64,000 nt of DNA from Candidatus Sumerlaeaceae bacterium (GCA_049968255.1 JBMFRB010000002.1:224001-288000); one strand, 5' to 3'. Positions 1 through 10,576 are shown, counted from the first letter of the stretch. The notes: generated from the sequence alone by a model not told the origin. Numbers and translations are program-made.

Positions 1-2
1 TG

Positions 3-644
3 GATCCCAGCTTAGAAAACATCGTGCAACTGATCCAGCACTGGCTACTGTGGGATTTGCCCGACGCTGCGGATCTCTTTCATTTCGATCTTCAGGTGGC
101 TAGGTGCGCATATTTGCGAAGTAATCAGCTGACAGATGAGATTCGCGAGCGTTACCGGGCTGCTTTACGTAAACGCCCGGGTGATCCTATTGCCGATAAG
201 GATATTCTTGGTTTCGAGCTTCAGCGACTCGAGCATATCTTGAATGCCTTTGTAGTGCGCCGGACCGAAGAAAAGGCGTATATGATGATCATTCGCCGTG
301 ACGAAATGGTCGGGAGCGCCTCAAGTCAGGAAATTCTCCGTTTGTCCGAACACTTGCGTATCCTCGAAGCGCTTGAGAAAGAGAGCGGTCCGCTCGCTCC
401 TCAGATGCAGGAGCGCTACGCCAAATTGTTATGTCGCGCGGTAGATGAAGTGACGCGCGAACAAGCTATTGATTACGAAAAAAAGGTTATTGCAGAGGGT
501 AAGCGATGCCTCCACGGTTACTTAGAGGACGATCGCTATCGGGGGGAAGCATACGACTATAAAAAAGTGCAGATGCAACAATTGAAAGAGCGTTTTGCCG
601 CTGAGCAGAAAAAATGTGAGCCCCTGCTTCAGGGCAGTGTGTAA
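3..644 (+). CDS. Hypothetical helical protein, probably 5'-truncated by the window edge
   Basis: Frame is open from position 3 (DPSLENIVQLIQ...) to TAA at 642-644; no family motif recognised. Confidence 0.6.
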   Translation, partial: DPSLENIVQLIQHWLLWDLPDAADLFHFDLQVARCAYLRSNQLTDEIRERYRAALRKRPGDPIADKDILGFELQRLEHILNAFVVRRTEEKAYMMIIRRDEMVGSASSQEILRLSEHLRILEALEKESGPLAPQMQERYAKLLCRAVDEVTREQAIDYEKKVIAEGKRCLHGYLEDDRYRGEAYDYKKVQMQQLKERFAAEQKKCEPLLQGSV

Positions 645-669
645 ATACAAATTCGAAAGAAAGTCACTT

Positions 670-1497
670 GTGAATAAGCTAAGAGCTAAAATTCAAAAAG
701 TTGCTGAGGGGTTGGTGTTTCCCGAAGGTCCGGTATGGCATCCAGAGGGCTATTTGCTTTTCTCTGATGTTCATGGCGCCACAATTGAACGCCTCCTGTG
801 CCAAGGCGGAACCGAAAGTTGGTGGAGCGTTGGGAAAAAGACTAACGGCCTCATCATGTCCCCTGATGGGCTGAACATTATTGCGTGCTGTTACAGCGAA
901 CGCGAGCTGCTGGAAATAGATGCATTCACGAAATCATTTCGCGTGTTAGCCAACAATTGTGAAGGCAGACCTTTTCTCAACGTAAACGATGTGGCGGTGG
1001 ACAGCAATGGGATCATTTATTTCTCTGACCCCTGCTGGGACCCTGCTTACGATGAACATCAAGCGGTTTATATGCTCACGCCTGACGGCGAAGTTTGCTG
1101 CGCTGCACGGATCCGTTTTCAGCCCAACGGACTTGTTGTCAGTCCAGACGAAAAATGGTTGTTTGTTGCGCGATCGGGCGCACATGATATTGTGCGATTT
1201 GAACGTGCCCCAAATGGAGCAATTGTTGGAGGAGATATTTGGTGTCGGTTGGCAGATGGGGCCGAACCTGATGGAATGACGATCGATCAGGAAGGCAACT
1301 TGTACGTAGCACTAGCGGGTACTGGCCAGTTGCAGGTTCTTGATCAGAGGGCGAAAACCCTTGGACTATTTGACATCTGTGGACGCATGGCAACGAACTG
1401 CGAATTTGAAGGAGCGAATGAAAACGTTCTCTACGTCACTGGTGGGGGACGCCGTAGTGCACGCAATGGTTGCATATGGCGAGTTGAATTTGAATAG
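670..1497 (+). CDS. SMP-30/gluconolactonase/LRE family beta-propeller protein
   Basis: Motifs FPEGPVW, NDVAVDSNGIIYFSDP, PNGLVVSPD, PDGMTIDQEGNLYVA; GTG at 670 preferred over the ORF-track start at 595. Confidence 0.9.
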   Translation: MNKLRAKIQKVAEGLVFPEGPVWHPEGYLLFSDVHGATIERLLCQGGTESWWSVGKKTNGLIMSPDGLNIIACCYSERELLEIDAFTKSFRVLANNCEGRPFLNVNDVAVDSNGIIYFSDPCWDPAYDEHQAVYMLTPDGEVCCAARIRFQPNGLVVSPDEKWLFVARSGAHDIVRFERAPNGAIVGGDIWCRLADGAEPDGMTIDQEGNLYVALAGTGQLQVLDQRAKTLGLFDICGRMATNCEFEGANENVLYVTGGGRRSARNGCIWRVEFE

Positions 1498-1533
1498 CCG
1501 AGAACGCCTCCGTGGCCTGAAGGCGTCCTCGGC
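1497..1533. terminator. GC-rich hairpin between convergent genes (likely bidirectional terminator)
   Basis: gccgag-aacgcct...aggcgt-cctcggc imperfect inverted repeat between two stop codons. Confidence 0.5.
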
Positions 1534-1559
1534 CCAAGGTTTTCCTGCAACCAGTTGGC

Positions 1560-2708
1560 CTATCGAGCCGAAAGCTCGACCGCCTTGCGCGCTCCCTCGC
1601 TCATCGTTGCTGCAGGGATAAGCTGAGTGCCCTTCAGGAGCTCTCTCGCGCGCTCTTCATTCGTCCCGCTGAGCCGAATCACAATGGGGGTGTTCCATTT
1701 CGGGAATTGTTCAAGAGCTTTAAGAATGCCTTCCGCGACAAGATCGCAACGCACTATTCCGCCAAAGATGTTTATAAAAATAGTGTTTACATTGCGATCG
1801 CTTACGATTAACTTGAGTGCTTGTGCTACCTGATCACTCTTGGCGCCTCCGCCAATGTCGAGAAAGTTTGCTGGCTCGCCGCCAAAATGTTTGATCAAAT
1901 CCATGGTGGCCATTGCTAATCCGGCACCATTGACGATGCAGCCTATCTTGCCATCGAGCTTCACGTAATTCAGCTTGTACTTACGGGCTTGGCGCTCAAG
2001 CGGAGGTTCTTCAGCCGGGTCTCGAAGCTTAGCTATTGCCGAATGACGCCATAATGCGTTGTCATCAAAGTTCATCTTGGCGTCAGCGGCAATAACTTGG
2101 CCGTCAGCGGTGACAACAAGTGGGTTGATTTCAGCCAGGGAACAATCTTTTTCGACAAAAGCCCGATACAGCCCCTCCATTGTATTTGCGAAGTCATTGA
2201 AGCTTTCTTTTGCGAGGCCAAGAAAATAGAACATCTCGCGGATTTGCCATGCCGGTAGTCCAAGCAACGGATCAACGGGCGAGAAGAGAATTTTCTCCGG
2301 CGTCTCAGCAGCCACCTGCTCAATTTCAACACCACCTGCTGCACTTCCCATCATGACCGGTATCTTGCGACCTCGGTCCACGACGACACCAAGATAAATT
2401 TCCTTGGCGATGTTTAACCCTTGTTCAAATAGCAGCTTTTTGACTTTCTCGCCTTTGATTTCCATGCCAAGGAGCTGAGTTACGACTGGCTCGATTTCGT
2501 CCTCGCTCCGGATCAATTTGATGCCGCCCGCTTTACCGCGACCACCAACGAGAACTTGTGATTTGGCAACGACGGGAAAGCCCACCTTGGCAGCAAGATT
2601 TTTCGCTGCCTCAATGGCTCTGGCAGGAGAGCGGGCTACTATGCCTTCCGGCACATTTACTCCATATTTCTTCAGGATGGCCTTAGCCTGAAATTCATGA
2701 ATCTTCAT
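1560..2708 (-). CDS. sucC: Succinyl-CoA synthetase beta subunit
   Basis: MKIHEFQAK, GGRGKAGG, EINPL, NGAGLAMATMD, PANFLDIGGGA, NIFGGIVRCD. Confidence 0.97.
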   Translation of the reverse strand: MKIHEFQAKAILKKYGVNVPEGIVARSPARAIEAAKNLAAKVGFPVVAKSQVLVGGRGKAGGIKLIRSEDEIEPVVTQLLGMEIKGEKVKKLLFEQGLNIAKEIYLGVVVDRGRKIPVMMGSAAGGVEIEQVAAETPEKILFSPVDPLLGLPAWQIREMFYFLGLAKESFNDFANTMEGLYRAFVEKDCSLAEINPLVVTADGQVIAADAKMNFDDNALWRHSAIAKLRDPAEEPPLERQARKYKLNYVKLDGKIGCIVNGAGLAMATMDLIKHFGGEPANFLDIGGGAKSDQVAQALKLIVSDRNVNTIFINIFGGIVRCDLVAEGILKALEQFPKWNTPIVIRLSGTNEERARELLKGTQLIPAATMSEGARKAVELSAR

Positions 2709-2741
2709 AATGGAGAAGTCCTGTTTTTTTGAGTCACAATA

Positions 2742-3818
2742 TCACTCGGCAACGAAACTGGCAACCATGTCGCCGACTTCGGTTGTTGTGTATCCCATTT
2801 TTCCGGCGGCGAGGCTTTTGAGCTTTGTCCCAGTTACCTTCATGACCGCTTGCTCAATGGCTTTTGCTGCCTCGTCTTCTCCGAGCGTTTCGAGCATCAT
2901 TTGGCCCGCGCAAATTGCTGCCAGAGGGTTGATGACATTTTTCCCCGTGTATTTTGGGGCGCTACCACCAATCGGCTCGAACATGGACACCCCTCCGGGG
3001 TCGGGGTTGATATTTCCGCCTGCCGCGATTCCCATGCCTCCCTGAATCATGGCTCCTAGGTCGGTGATGATGTCACCGAACATATTGCCCGTCACGATCA
3101 CGTCGAACCATTCCGGATTCTTGACAAACCACATGGTGGTGGCGTCGACGTGGGCGTACTCTCTTTTGATGTCAGGGAATTCTTTCTCGCCCATTTCGTG
3201 GAAGGCGCGTTCCCACAAGCCGTAAATGTAAGTCAGAACATTGGTTTTTCCGCATAGCGTCAGGGTCTTTTTCTTATTGCGCTTGCGCGTGTAATTGAAC
3301 GCATAGCGCAGGCAACGGTCCACCCCGAACCGCGTATAGACTGCAGTCTGTGTTGCAACCTCTTGGGGAGTCCCGAGATGGGCTACGCCGCCCATGCCAG
3401 CGTAGAGGTCTTGCGTGTTTTCGCGGACGACAACGAAATCAATGTCCTCCGGTCCCTTATCTTTGATTGGGGTTTCAACGCCCGGGTAGAGTTTTACGGG
3501 ACGCAGATTGATGTATTGGTCCAGAGCAAACCGAAGTTTCAGTAGGATTCCCTTTTCGAGGATTCCTGGAGGGACATCGGGATGCCCGATGGCACCCAAA
3601 TATATCGCATCTACCTTTTTCAGCTCTTCGATTGCTGAGTCCGGAAGAAGTTCACCGGTGCGCTTGTAGCGCTCCCCGCCAAAATCATATTCGACGAAAT
3701 TCAGCGTGAAACTAAATTTTGCTGCTGCGGCTTTGAGAACTTTGACGCCTTCAGCAACAACTTCGGGACCCGTCCCATCCCCCGGAATGACCGCAATGTC
3801 ATAACTGCGATTGGCCAT
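2742..3818 (-). CDS. leuB: 3-isopropylmalate dehydrogenase
   Basis: [46 protein letters not shown]; start MANRS at 3818 with upstream GGAG. Confidence 0.9.
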   Translation of the reverse strand: MANRSYDIAVIPGDGTGPEVVAEGVKVLKAAAAKFSFTLNFVEYDFGGERYKRTGELLPDSAIEELKKVDAIYLGAIGHPDVPPGILEKGILLKLRFALDQYINLRPVKLYPGVETPIKDKGPEDIDFVVVRENTQDLYAGMGGVAHLGTPQEVATQTAVYTRFGVDRCLRYAFNYTRKRNKKKTLTLCGKTNVLTYIYGLWERAFHEMGEKEFPDIKREYAHVDATTMWFVKNPEWFDVIVTGNMFGDIITDLGAMIQGGMGIAAGGNINPDPGGVSMFEPIGGSAPKYTGKNVINPLAAICAGQMMLETLGEDEAAKAIEQAVMKVTGTKLKSLAAGKMGYTTTEVGDMVASFVAE

Positions 3819-3946
3819 AGTTCGCTCCGCCTTTTGGGCTTTCCTCCGTTTCAATTGTATTATGTTTGCGACGCTCAAAGGTTGACGCGCCCTTGTCAAA
3901 ACGAAAAAATCGCTTGGGCGCACTCGTAGGTTGGCGCGTCGTGGGG

Positions 3947-6370
3947 CTAAGCCCCGTAATCGTTCAGTCCTGGTACAAAGTCTTCGCCACGCGGGGTGAC
4001 TTCACTGCGACGATCGAGGCGGACGCTCACACGGGCAACGTGGTGCCGAAGCCACAGGCAGTTTTCGGTGAGCTGCTCGACGACTCCCGTGGGGTCCTCC
4101 GCATCGACGCCCACAATGTTGCACGGAAGAGTCCAGACGATCCGCTCAGGCGCGTACGTCCAGTCTGGAGACAGCCGAAGCTCCGCCGTTTGGTCCTGGG
4201 CAGAGATATGCAAGTCTACACGTCCGAAGTACGTTGGCGCTCCGCGAACTTTAATTTCGTTGCCCGGAGCAAACCATTGCTGTGGAACACAAGGCGTAAG
4301 GTAAAGATCGTCAAATTTTTCCACAAAAACCAGGGAGCGCAGCAAGAGGACCCATTCTGCTGCGGCCCATCCATGGTGTGCGTCTCCCATGCACCCGCCA
4401 CCAGTGCGCGGATGGATGGCCTCCGGCCAGCATAGGGTCGGGTTTCCGAGCTTCAGCATGTAGCTAATCAGCTTGAAAGCACCTAAGTCACCTAAAAAAA
4501 GAAGGCACTGCGCCATTTGGAGAGTAAGGTAGGAGTTCACGCCGCTGTGGATCATTTCTTGGTAAAACCCTTCGCCATGGAAGAGATGATTTCGGATAAA
4601 GCGGACGGTGTTTGCTAGCCACGGAGTGGTGCGAATATCGTAGAGAGCCAAAGGGTAGGCCGCACAGATATTGCCAATCATGCCGGCATCGGGAGGACGC
4701 CCCGGTGCAGCAGGAAGTACATGCGCCGGACTGTGCTCGATGTCACGCGAGATCGCGTCGCGCAGGTCTCGCTGATAGTTTTCAGCGAAAGTTTTGAACA
4801 TCTCGGCGTCCTGATGCTCGCCAAGGGCGCGGGCGGCCATGGCGGCGTCCTGCAGCCCGCGCAGGGACCAGAAATTGTCCCAGTAGTAGAAATCATTCGG
4901 TCCCAGGTGCTCGGCGCTGAAGCCAGCTGGCATGAGCCCACGGGGCTTCTTTTTCGTGATGCTCACATCGTGACGCTTGTGCTCAATCCACAGGGCTCCT
5001 CGACGAATCGCGGGATACATTTCACGCAAGAATCGTTCGTCGCGCGTTAGGCGATAGTGTTCGAGCATGGACCATATGGCCTCGCCGTTGGAATCCCATT
5101 CGCCTTTCTGAGCGCAGAAATATCCGTTCTTCCATTGCCGAGCGGGATAGGTTTCAAGCACGTCGCGGCAGAGTTTGTGATAGCCGAGTTTATCCAATGC
5201 GTTCAGTATAAAGGCAGCATCGCGAAACCAGTGACGATGGTACGTGAACGGCCCAGCAGTCACCTCTGTGCGATCGTGCAAGAGCAATAAGGTGGCGCGG
5301 TTTGCGCGCAAGCACTCGTTTAGATTCGCATCAGGTAACTCAAGTTCCACTCCCTCCTGCATCGCTGTCTCCCAAAGCTCGCGGGCGCGTTGCTTTGCTG
5401 ACGAAATATGTTCAGGAACAAGAAACTCATAGCAAACCAGACGTGGAGGAATTTTTTCCAATGGCATTACGGCATGCATAGACATTGTTTTGCCTGGGGG
5501 CAGAGAGAGTGGATGAAATGTGGCACCAGTACAGAGACCGGTTGGGCAGTGGGCAACGTGAAGCAGCCCCTCTTCCTCCACGATCCGGTGCGCGACATCT
5601 CCTTGTTCGTGGTTGAAGGCAAGCCATTTCGTCGGGCGATTGCTCAAGACCACGGCCAAATGTTTCTCCACTAACCAGAAGCCTTTTGAATTATACGCAA
5701 GCTCGTGAACGAGGCTGATTCCCTCGGGATTTGCTGGTCGGAGAGAAAAAATCAAAGCACCGTTGAGCGGATGCTGAAGGTCTGGATTGCGCACCAGCAC
5801 TTGATGCACGACAAAGTCCATGTCTGCAACGCGAATAGGGAAGGTTTCAAAAAGCAAGATTGCCGTGGCTAAGCGAATCTCGGTGAAAACCCACGGAAGC
5901 CCATGCGCCCGCCATTGGCGGACCTGTGCCGTGTCGAGCTGTGAGGGGAAATGCAATCTCTGGCCGTCGTAGAACCACGTATCCAGCGACCAGCCATTGT
6001 TCCATGGCGTAACCAGCCCGCGCGGATCCACGATGGCTTCGTTTTTTCCTCCAAGAAATCCTATTCCGATCCAGTCGCGGTGAGTGAGGTTTATGTAGGT
6101 GAGATTCATCGCGCGAGGGATAAACGACTCACTGTGTGGAGAGGACTGCCGTTCCATCCAGTAAGGCCAAACCCAATCACTGTGAAGCGAAAGAACGTGC
6201 AAATTCATGAATCCGCGAAGTTGCATGAGCACACCAGCGGGGATAAGCTCATTGGGGACGGTGACCTCCGAAGGCCTATTGAGGTGTCTAAGTGCCTCCA
6301 CATATTCGAGTCCCTCCTCGACCCGGTAGTATCGACGCAGATATTGGAGGATGTATTTCAGGAAAAACAT
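3947..6370 (-). CDS. Large protein with a C-terminal six-hairpin (alpha/alpha)6 glycosidase-like domain
   Basis: HWFRDAA, GEWDSNGE, YYWDNFW motifs typical of (a/a)6 glycosidases; C-terminal beta domain (PTYFGRVDL). Confidence 0.7.
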   Translation of the reverse strand: MFFLKYILQYLRRYYRVEEGLEYVEALRHLNRPSEVTVPNELIPAGVLMQLRGFMNLHVLSLHSDWVWPYWMERQSSPHSESFIPRAMNLTYINLTHRDWIGIGFLGGKNEAIVDPRGLVTPWNNGWSLDTWFYDGQRLHFPSQLDTAQVRQWRAHGLPWVFTEIRLATAILLFETFPIRVADMDFVVHQVLVRNPDLQHPLNGALIFSLRPANPEGISLVHELAYNSKGFWLVEKHLAVVLSNRPTKWLAFNHEQGDVAHRIVEEEGLLHVAHCPTGLCTGATFHPLSLPPGKTMSMHAVMPLEKIPPRLVCYEFLVPEHISSAKQRARELWETAMQEGVELELPDANLNECLRANRATLLLLHDRTEVTAGPFTYHRHWFRDAAFILNALDKLGYHKLCRDVLETYPARQWKNGYFCAQKGEWDSNGEAIWSMLEHYRLTRDERFLREMYPAIRRGALWIEHKRHDVSITKKKPRGLMPAGFSAEHLGPNDFYYWDNFWSLRGLQDAAMAARALGEHQDAEMFKTFAENYQRDLRDAISRDIEHSPAHVLPAAPGRPPDAGMIGNICAAYPLALYDIRTTPWLANTVRFIRNHLFHGEGFYQEMIHSGVNSYLTLQMAQCLLFLGDLGAFKLISYMLKLGNPTLCWPEAIHPRTGGGCMGDAHHGWAAAEWVLLLRSLVFVEKFDDLYLTPCVPQQWFAPGNEIKVRGAPTYFGRVDLHISAQDQTAELRLSPDWTYAPERIVWTLPCNIVGVDAEDPTGVVEQLTENCLWLRHHVARVSVRLDRRSEVTPRGEDFVPGLNDYGA

Positions 6371-6497
6371 TGTAAGTTTTTCATCTCTCTTCTTTGCGGT
6401 TTGGTTTGCTTCTCACACCTAGAGCGGTGCATGAAAAAGCGTGAATGTTTTAGCCGCCGTTTTGAACACCACAAAACTTTAGGTGTGCTCGTGCCCC

Positions 6498-7739
6498 ATG
6501 TTGATCGCGTTTTTCACCAACAATTACAAACCGTTCGTCGGGGGGGTTCCCATCGCAGTTGAAAATCTTGCGAAGACCTTGCGTCGGCACGGTCATCGGG
6601 TTCTAATTTTTGCACCCGACTACGACGGGATAACGGCCGATGAAGCGGACGTATTCCGCGTTCTCTCGATCAAGAATTTCAACGATACGCCATTTTCCTT
6701 GCCGTTACCTTTCACTTTGCGCCCAGCTTTCGATCTCGAAGCGCTGAGCGAGGTGGATATCGTTCACGTCCATCATCCATTTTTGCTTGGGATGAGTGGA
6801 TTGCAGCTTGCCCGTGCATACGACGCGCCTGTGGTGTTTACTTACCACACCCAATACGAAAAGTACATCCACTATTTGCCTTTCCCCGAGAAGTGGACTG
6901 CCGAGGTTGCGGTGCGTCTGGCCACGCGTTTCTCAAATTCATGTGACGCGGTCATAGCGCCGAGCAGCGACATCAAGGCTGTGCTCCGTGAGCGAGGCGT
7001 AGAAGTGCCCATTTATGTTATCCCAACGGGCGTAGATTTGCAAAAGTTTCGCGGAGGCGACACCCGATATTTGCGTAAGCGGCTGGCCATTTCCGAGGGA
7101 AACCCTATCGTTCTCACCGTGAGCCGGATCGCCAAAGAGAAGAACCTCCATTTTCTCCTCGATTCGTTCGCCCGCCTTGCTGCGGTCGAGCGCTCTGCAC
7201 ATTTTGTGCTTGTCGGAGAGGGCGACGCCAAGCCCGAGCTTGAACACTATGCGAACGCGTTAGCGTGTCGAGACCGGATACACTTTTTAGGGGGGCTCAG
7301 CGGAAAAGAGCTTGTGAGCGCGTACAAAGGAAGTGACGTGTTCGTTTTCGCCTCAACCACAGAGACACAAGGAATGGTGGTGTTGGAAGCCATGGCATGC
7401 GCGTTGCCGGTGGTCGCTGTGGAAGCAGCGGGAGTACGAGACTTTGTCTCCTCAGGTTGCAACGGGTTTCTTGTGGAAGACGGACGAGCGGAAGACTTCG
7501 CTGAACGAGTGTATGCGCTGCTCGCAGATCCAGACTTGCGCAACAAATTGAGTGAGCAGGCGAAACGAACAGCGCGAAAATGGTCGCTTAGCGCAACAAC
7601 GAAAAAAGTCGAAAAAGTTTACCAAGATCTTCACCGCGATGCAAGGTCTCGTCGCAAGCGCGAGCGTTTTATCATGCTGCGAGAAATCGTGGGTTACCAG
7701 TTCAAAAAACTGATGGAAGAACTGGAAGAACTGTTTTAA
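6498..7739 (+). CDS. GT4 glycosyltransferase (diacylglycerol glucosyltransferase-like)
   Basis: FTNNYKPFVGGV, HVHHPF, YHTQYEKY, IPTGVD, ETQGMVVLEAMA. Confidence 0.9.
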   Translation: MLIAFFTNNYKPFVGGVPIAVENLAKTLRRHGHRVLIFAPDYDGITADEADVFRVLSIKNFNDTPFSLPLPFTLRPAFDLEALSEVDIVHVHHPFLLGMSGLQLARAYDAPVVFTYHTQYEKYIHYLPFPEKWTAEVAVRLATRFSNSCDAVIAPSSDIKAVLRERGVEVPIYVIPTGVDLQKFRGGDTRYLRKRLAISEGNPIVLTVSRIAKEKNLHFLLDSFARLAAVERSAHFVLVGEGDAKPELEHYANALACRDRIHFLGGLSGKELVSAYKGSDVFVFASTTETQGMVVLEAMACALPVVAVEAAGVRDFVSSGCNGFLVEDGRAEDFAERVYALLADPDLRNKLSEQAKRTARKWSLSATTKKVEKVYQDLHRDARSRRKRERFIMLREIVGYQFKKLMEELEELF

Positions 7740-7916
7740 GATATCGCCAAAGAGTTTTTCTTTCATAAACGGCCAATGTAAATCTATTATCAGTATTTTT
7801 TTTGGGGCGATGCTAGTGAGTATTCGCCATTATGAATGAAGAGACGATAATTTTTGCAGAGACTATAATAGGATTTCAAAACATTTTCATCGATTGTGCA
7901 CCCAAGGAGCTACGGT

Positions 7917-8741
7917 ATGAAGATAAAGACCAGCTTTCCTATCGCAGCGGTGAGTGGACGGATGGGAGACTCGGATCTTGTCATCGTCAAGCGTGGCGAC
8001 AAATGCTATGCGCGACGCTACGCGGCGCCAAAAAATCCTCAGAGTAAGGATCAAGTCGCTGTGCGAAGGTTCCTTTCTAACGCGACAAAGACTTGGGGTT
8101 CTCTTACTCCAATCCAGCGCGAAGGGTGGGAAAAGTATGCAAAAGAGTTTTCTGAAGCAATCGTCGGAGAAATATTATCGGCTTATAATATGTTTTCAAA
8201 AGTTCAGTATTACCGTCAGGCACTGGGCCAGCCACTTCTTCTCGATCCTCCGACGCTGCCGCCTCCTTTGCCTCCCCACGGCATCAAACTTCGACCGGCG
8301 GGCGCTCCTGACGAATTCCGCTTCCAACTTGAGCACGGTATCGTTGAGCGGGCCCACTACGTGGTCGGCTTCGAGATCACGCCAGCCATGCCGTCTCCAG
8401 GGCGAAAACCTCGGAACATAGAATTTCGAATGATCCGCCATGTGGGGCCTGAATCGTTTTTCGCTCTCCTTGCGCCCACAGGGACTTACATCATTTCCGG
8501 CGCCCGTTTTGCGGTAGATCATGCCCAGCGTTTTGGCGTTCGCGCGCGCATTGTTTCCTTTGAAGGTGTTCCCAGCAGACCTGTGGCAGGAGATTTCTTG
8601 AAAATCATTCAGTGGGGCCTGAAGCCACACAGAGAGGAGCAGGATGAGCCCGACCTCTTCTCGGTTCTGTCGACGGATGCCACGGAGCTCTTAACAGACG
8701 CTTATCCTGAGACCAAAGCAAAGGGACTAAAGAAAAAATAA
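7917..8741 (+). CDS. Hypothetical protein: basic DUF6266-like N-domain, Pro-rich linker, beta-rich C-domain
   Basis: AAGGAG SD before ATG 7917; SGRMG...Y.RR...PKNPQS..Q...R..L...W..L...QR..W..YA pattern; PPTLPPPLPP linker. Confidence 0.7.
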   Translation: MKIKTSFPIAAVSGRMGDSDLVIVKRGDKCYARRYAAPKNPQSKDQVAVRRFLSNATKTWGSLTPIQREGWEKYAKEFSEAIVGEILSAYNMFSKVQYYRQALGQPLLLDPPTLPPPLPPHGIKLRPAGAPDEFRFQLEHGIVERAHYVVGFEITPAMPSPGRKPRNIEFRMIRHVGPESFFALLAPTGTYIISGARFAVDHAQRFGVRARIVSFEGVPSRPVAGDFLKIIQWGLKPHREEQDEPDLFSVLSTDATELLTDAYPETKAKGLKKK

Positions 8742-8761
8742 CTGCGAACGCTCAACGTGAA

Positions 8762-10540
8762 ATGCTTGCGGAACTGCACATACAAGGGTTTGCGATTATC
8801 GAGCAAATCGACATCGAGTTTCAGTCAGGGCTTACCATTATCACGGGGGAAACTGGAGCGGGGAAATCGTTGCTTTTAGGAGCTGTTCGGCTACTTCTCG
8901 GAGAAAGAGCCTCCAGCGATTTGGTGGCCTCCGATCGTACGCGGGCACGCGTGCAAGGGATTTTTGAGATAAGCCAGACAGGCCTTCGCAAACACCTTGA
9001 ACGGCTTGGCCTCACAGATTCTTTCGCCGACGACCAACTGGTTCTCCGACGGGAAATTCTTGCGGGCGGGGGATCTCGTCACTATATCAACGATGCTGCA
9101 GTCACTTTGGGGCGGCTGGATGAGCTTGGAAGGCATTTGGTTGCCATCCACGGGCAAAACGACCAGGCCCTTCTTCTTCAGCCCCGGGAGCAACTTGAGC
9201 TTCTGGATGCTTTCGGCCAATGCCAGAGGGATCGCGATGACTACGCGACAGCCTTGGCTCAGGCGCTGGAGACAGCACACCGGCTTGAACATTTATTGAG
9301 CGAGGCCGACGAGCTCGAGAAGATGCGCGATTTTTTGCGTTATCAACTCCGCGAAATTGATGCGGCAAAACTGCATCCCGATGAAGACAAGGAGCTCGAA
9401 ATTGAGTTAGCGCGTCTGCGCCACGCATCACGCATCTTTGAGTGCGTGGGAAGCGCACTTGACCTCCTCTACGAGGGGGAACGGGTCGACGTCACAGCAA
9501 GTCAGCGGCTGGCCGAGGCTGAGTCTTCTCTGGCGGAAGTTGCAAGGTTCGATCCTAAATTAGAGGACTTTTGTCGCCTGCTGAGCGAGCTGAGAATTTC
9601 CTTGGAAAGCCTTGGCGGGGAGTTGCGCGCTTACCAAAGCAACATAGAGATGGATCCGGGATGCTTAGCTCTGCTGGAGGAGCGTGCGCAGCTCATTCGG
9701 AACCTGAGAAGAAAATACGGGACAAATGTCCAGGAGATTCTCGCCACCCGTGAGCGCCTAGCTGCAGAACTCCAGGAGCTTGAGAACTATGAGGTAAATT
9801 TGGCTCACGCGCAGAAGCAGTTTGGCGAAGCCCTGGCGAAATTGAAAGAGGTGGCTCAACGTTTGTCCGAGAAGCGGCGAGCTGCTGCGAAGCGCTTTCA
9901 ACAACGTGTCCAGGAAGAGATGGCCGAGTTGAGTCTTCCTGGGGCCCAGTTTTTGGTCATGGCTGAGCCTCGCTGCGAGCAGGGCGATGAGAGATCGGAG
10001 TATAGTCTAAGCCCTACGGTTGGGACTCTGGAAAAAGATATGCCGGGACAGCCCAGACTGATTCCCCCCGAGTTTGGTCCTGCTGGGATAGATCGTGTAG
10101 AATTCTACGCGCTCATGAACGTAGGCGATGAGCCAAGGCCTTTACGCCGCGTAGCTTCTGGGGGAGAACTAAGCCGCATCATGCTGGCAATCGAATGTGT
10201 ATTGGCCGAACGTGATGCCATCCCGACGCTTGTTTTTGATGAGGTGGACGCTGGGATTAGCGGGCAAGCCGCAGAGAAGGTAGGTAGAAAATTGCTTCAG
10301 CTGGCAAGAAGCCATCAGGTGATCTGCATCACTCATCTGCCACAGATTGCCGCGTGTGGACACCAACACGTGCATGTGGAGAAAACCGTTCAAGCGGGGC
10401 GCACACGCGTCGAAGTGCGGTCAGTCGCAGGTGCGCAACGGGAGCAGGTGATTGCCCACATGCTTTCAGGTCAGCATGGAGACGAAGCTTCGACCGACTT
10501 TGCGCGGCGCCTGCTCAAGCGTTCGTTAGGGCCTGAATGA
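8762..10540 (+). CDS. recN: DNA repair protein RecN
   Basis: ITGETGAGKS Walker A, IHGQND, ASGGELSR signature, LVFDEVDAGISG, CITHLPQIAA. Confidence 0.97.
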   Translation: MLAELHIQGFAIIEQIDIEFQSGLTIITGETGAGKSLLLGAVRLLLGERASSDLVASDRTRARVQGIFEISQTGLRKHLERLGLTDSFADDQLVLRREILAGGGSRHYINDAAVTLGRLDELGRHLVAIHGQNDQALLLQPREQLELLDAFGQCQRDRDDYATALAQALETAHRLEHLLSEADELEKMRDFLRYQLREIDAAKLHPDEDKELEIELARLRHASRIFECVGSALDLLYEGERVDVTASQRLAEAESSLAEVARFDPKLEDFCRLLSELRISLESLGGELRAYQSNIEMDPGCLALLEERAQLIRNLRRKYGTNVQEILATRERLAAELQELENYEVNLAHAQKQFGEALAKLKEVAQRLSEKRRAAAKRFQQRVQEEMAELSLPGAQFLVMAEPRCEQGDERSEYSLSPTVGTLEKDMPGQPRLIPPEFGPAGIDRVEFYALMNVGDEPRPLRRVASGGELSRIMLAIECVLAERDAIPTLVFDEVDAGISGQAAEKVGRKLLQLARSHQVICITHLPQIAACGHQHVHVEKTVQAGRTRVEVRSVAGAQREQVIAHMLSGQHGDEASTDFARRLLKRSLGPE

Positions 10541-10576
10541 GCTGGGCACGAAAAATGTATGATTTCGCGGCGTTGA

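Noticed and set aside
7806-7835. GGCGATG...TTCGCCAT resembling a fluoride riboswitch 5' stem
   Set aside because: The pseudoknot and downstream conserved elements are missing, and the downstream gene is not fluoride-related
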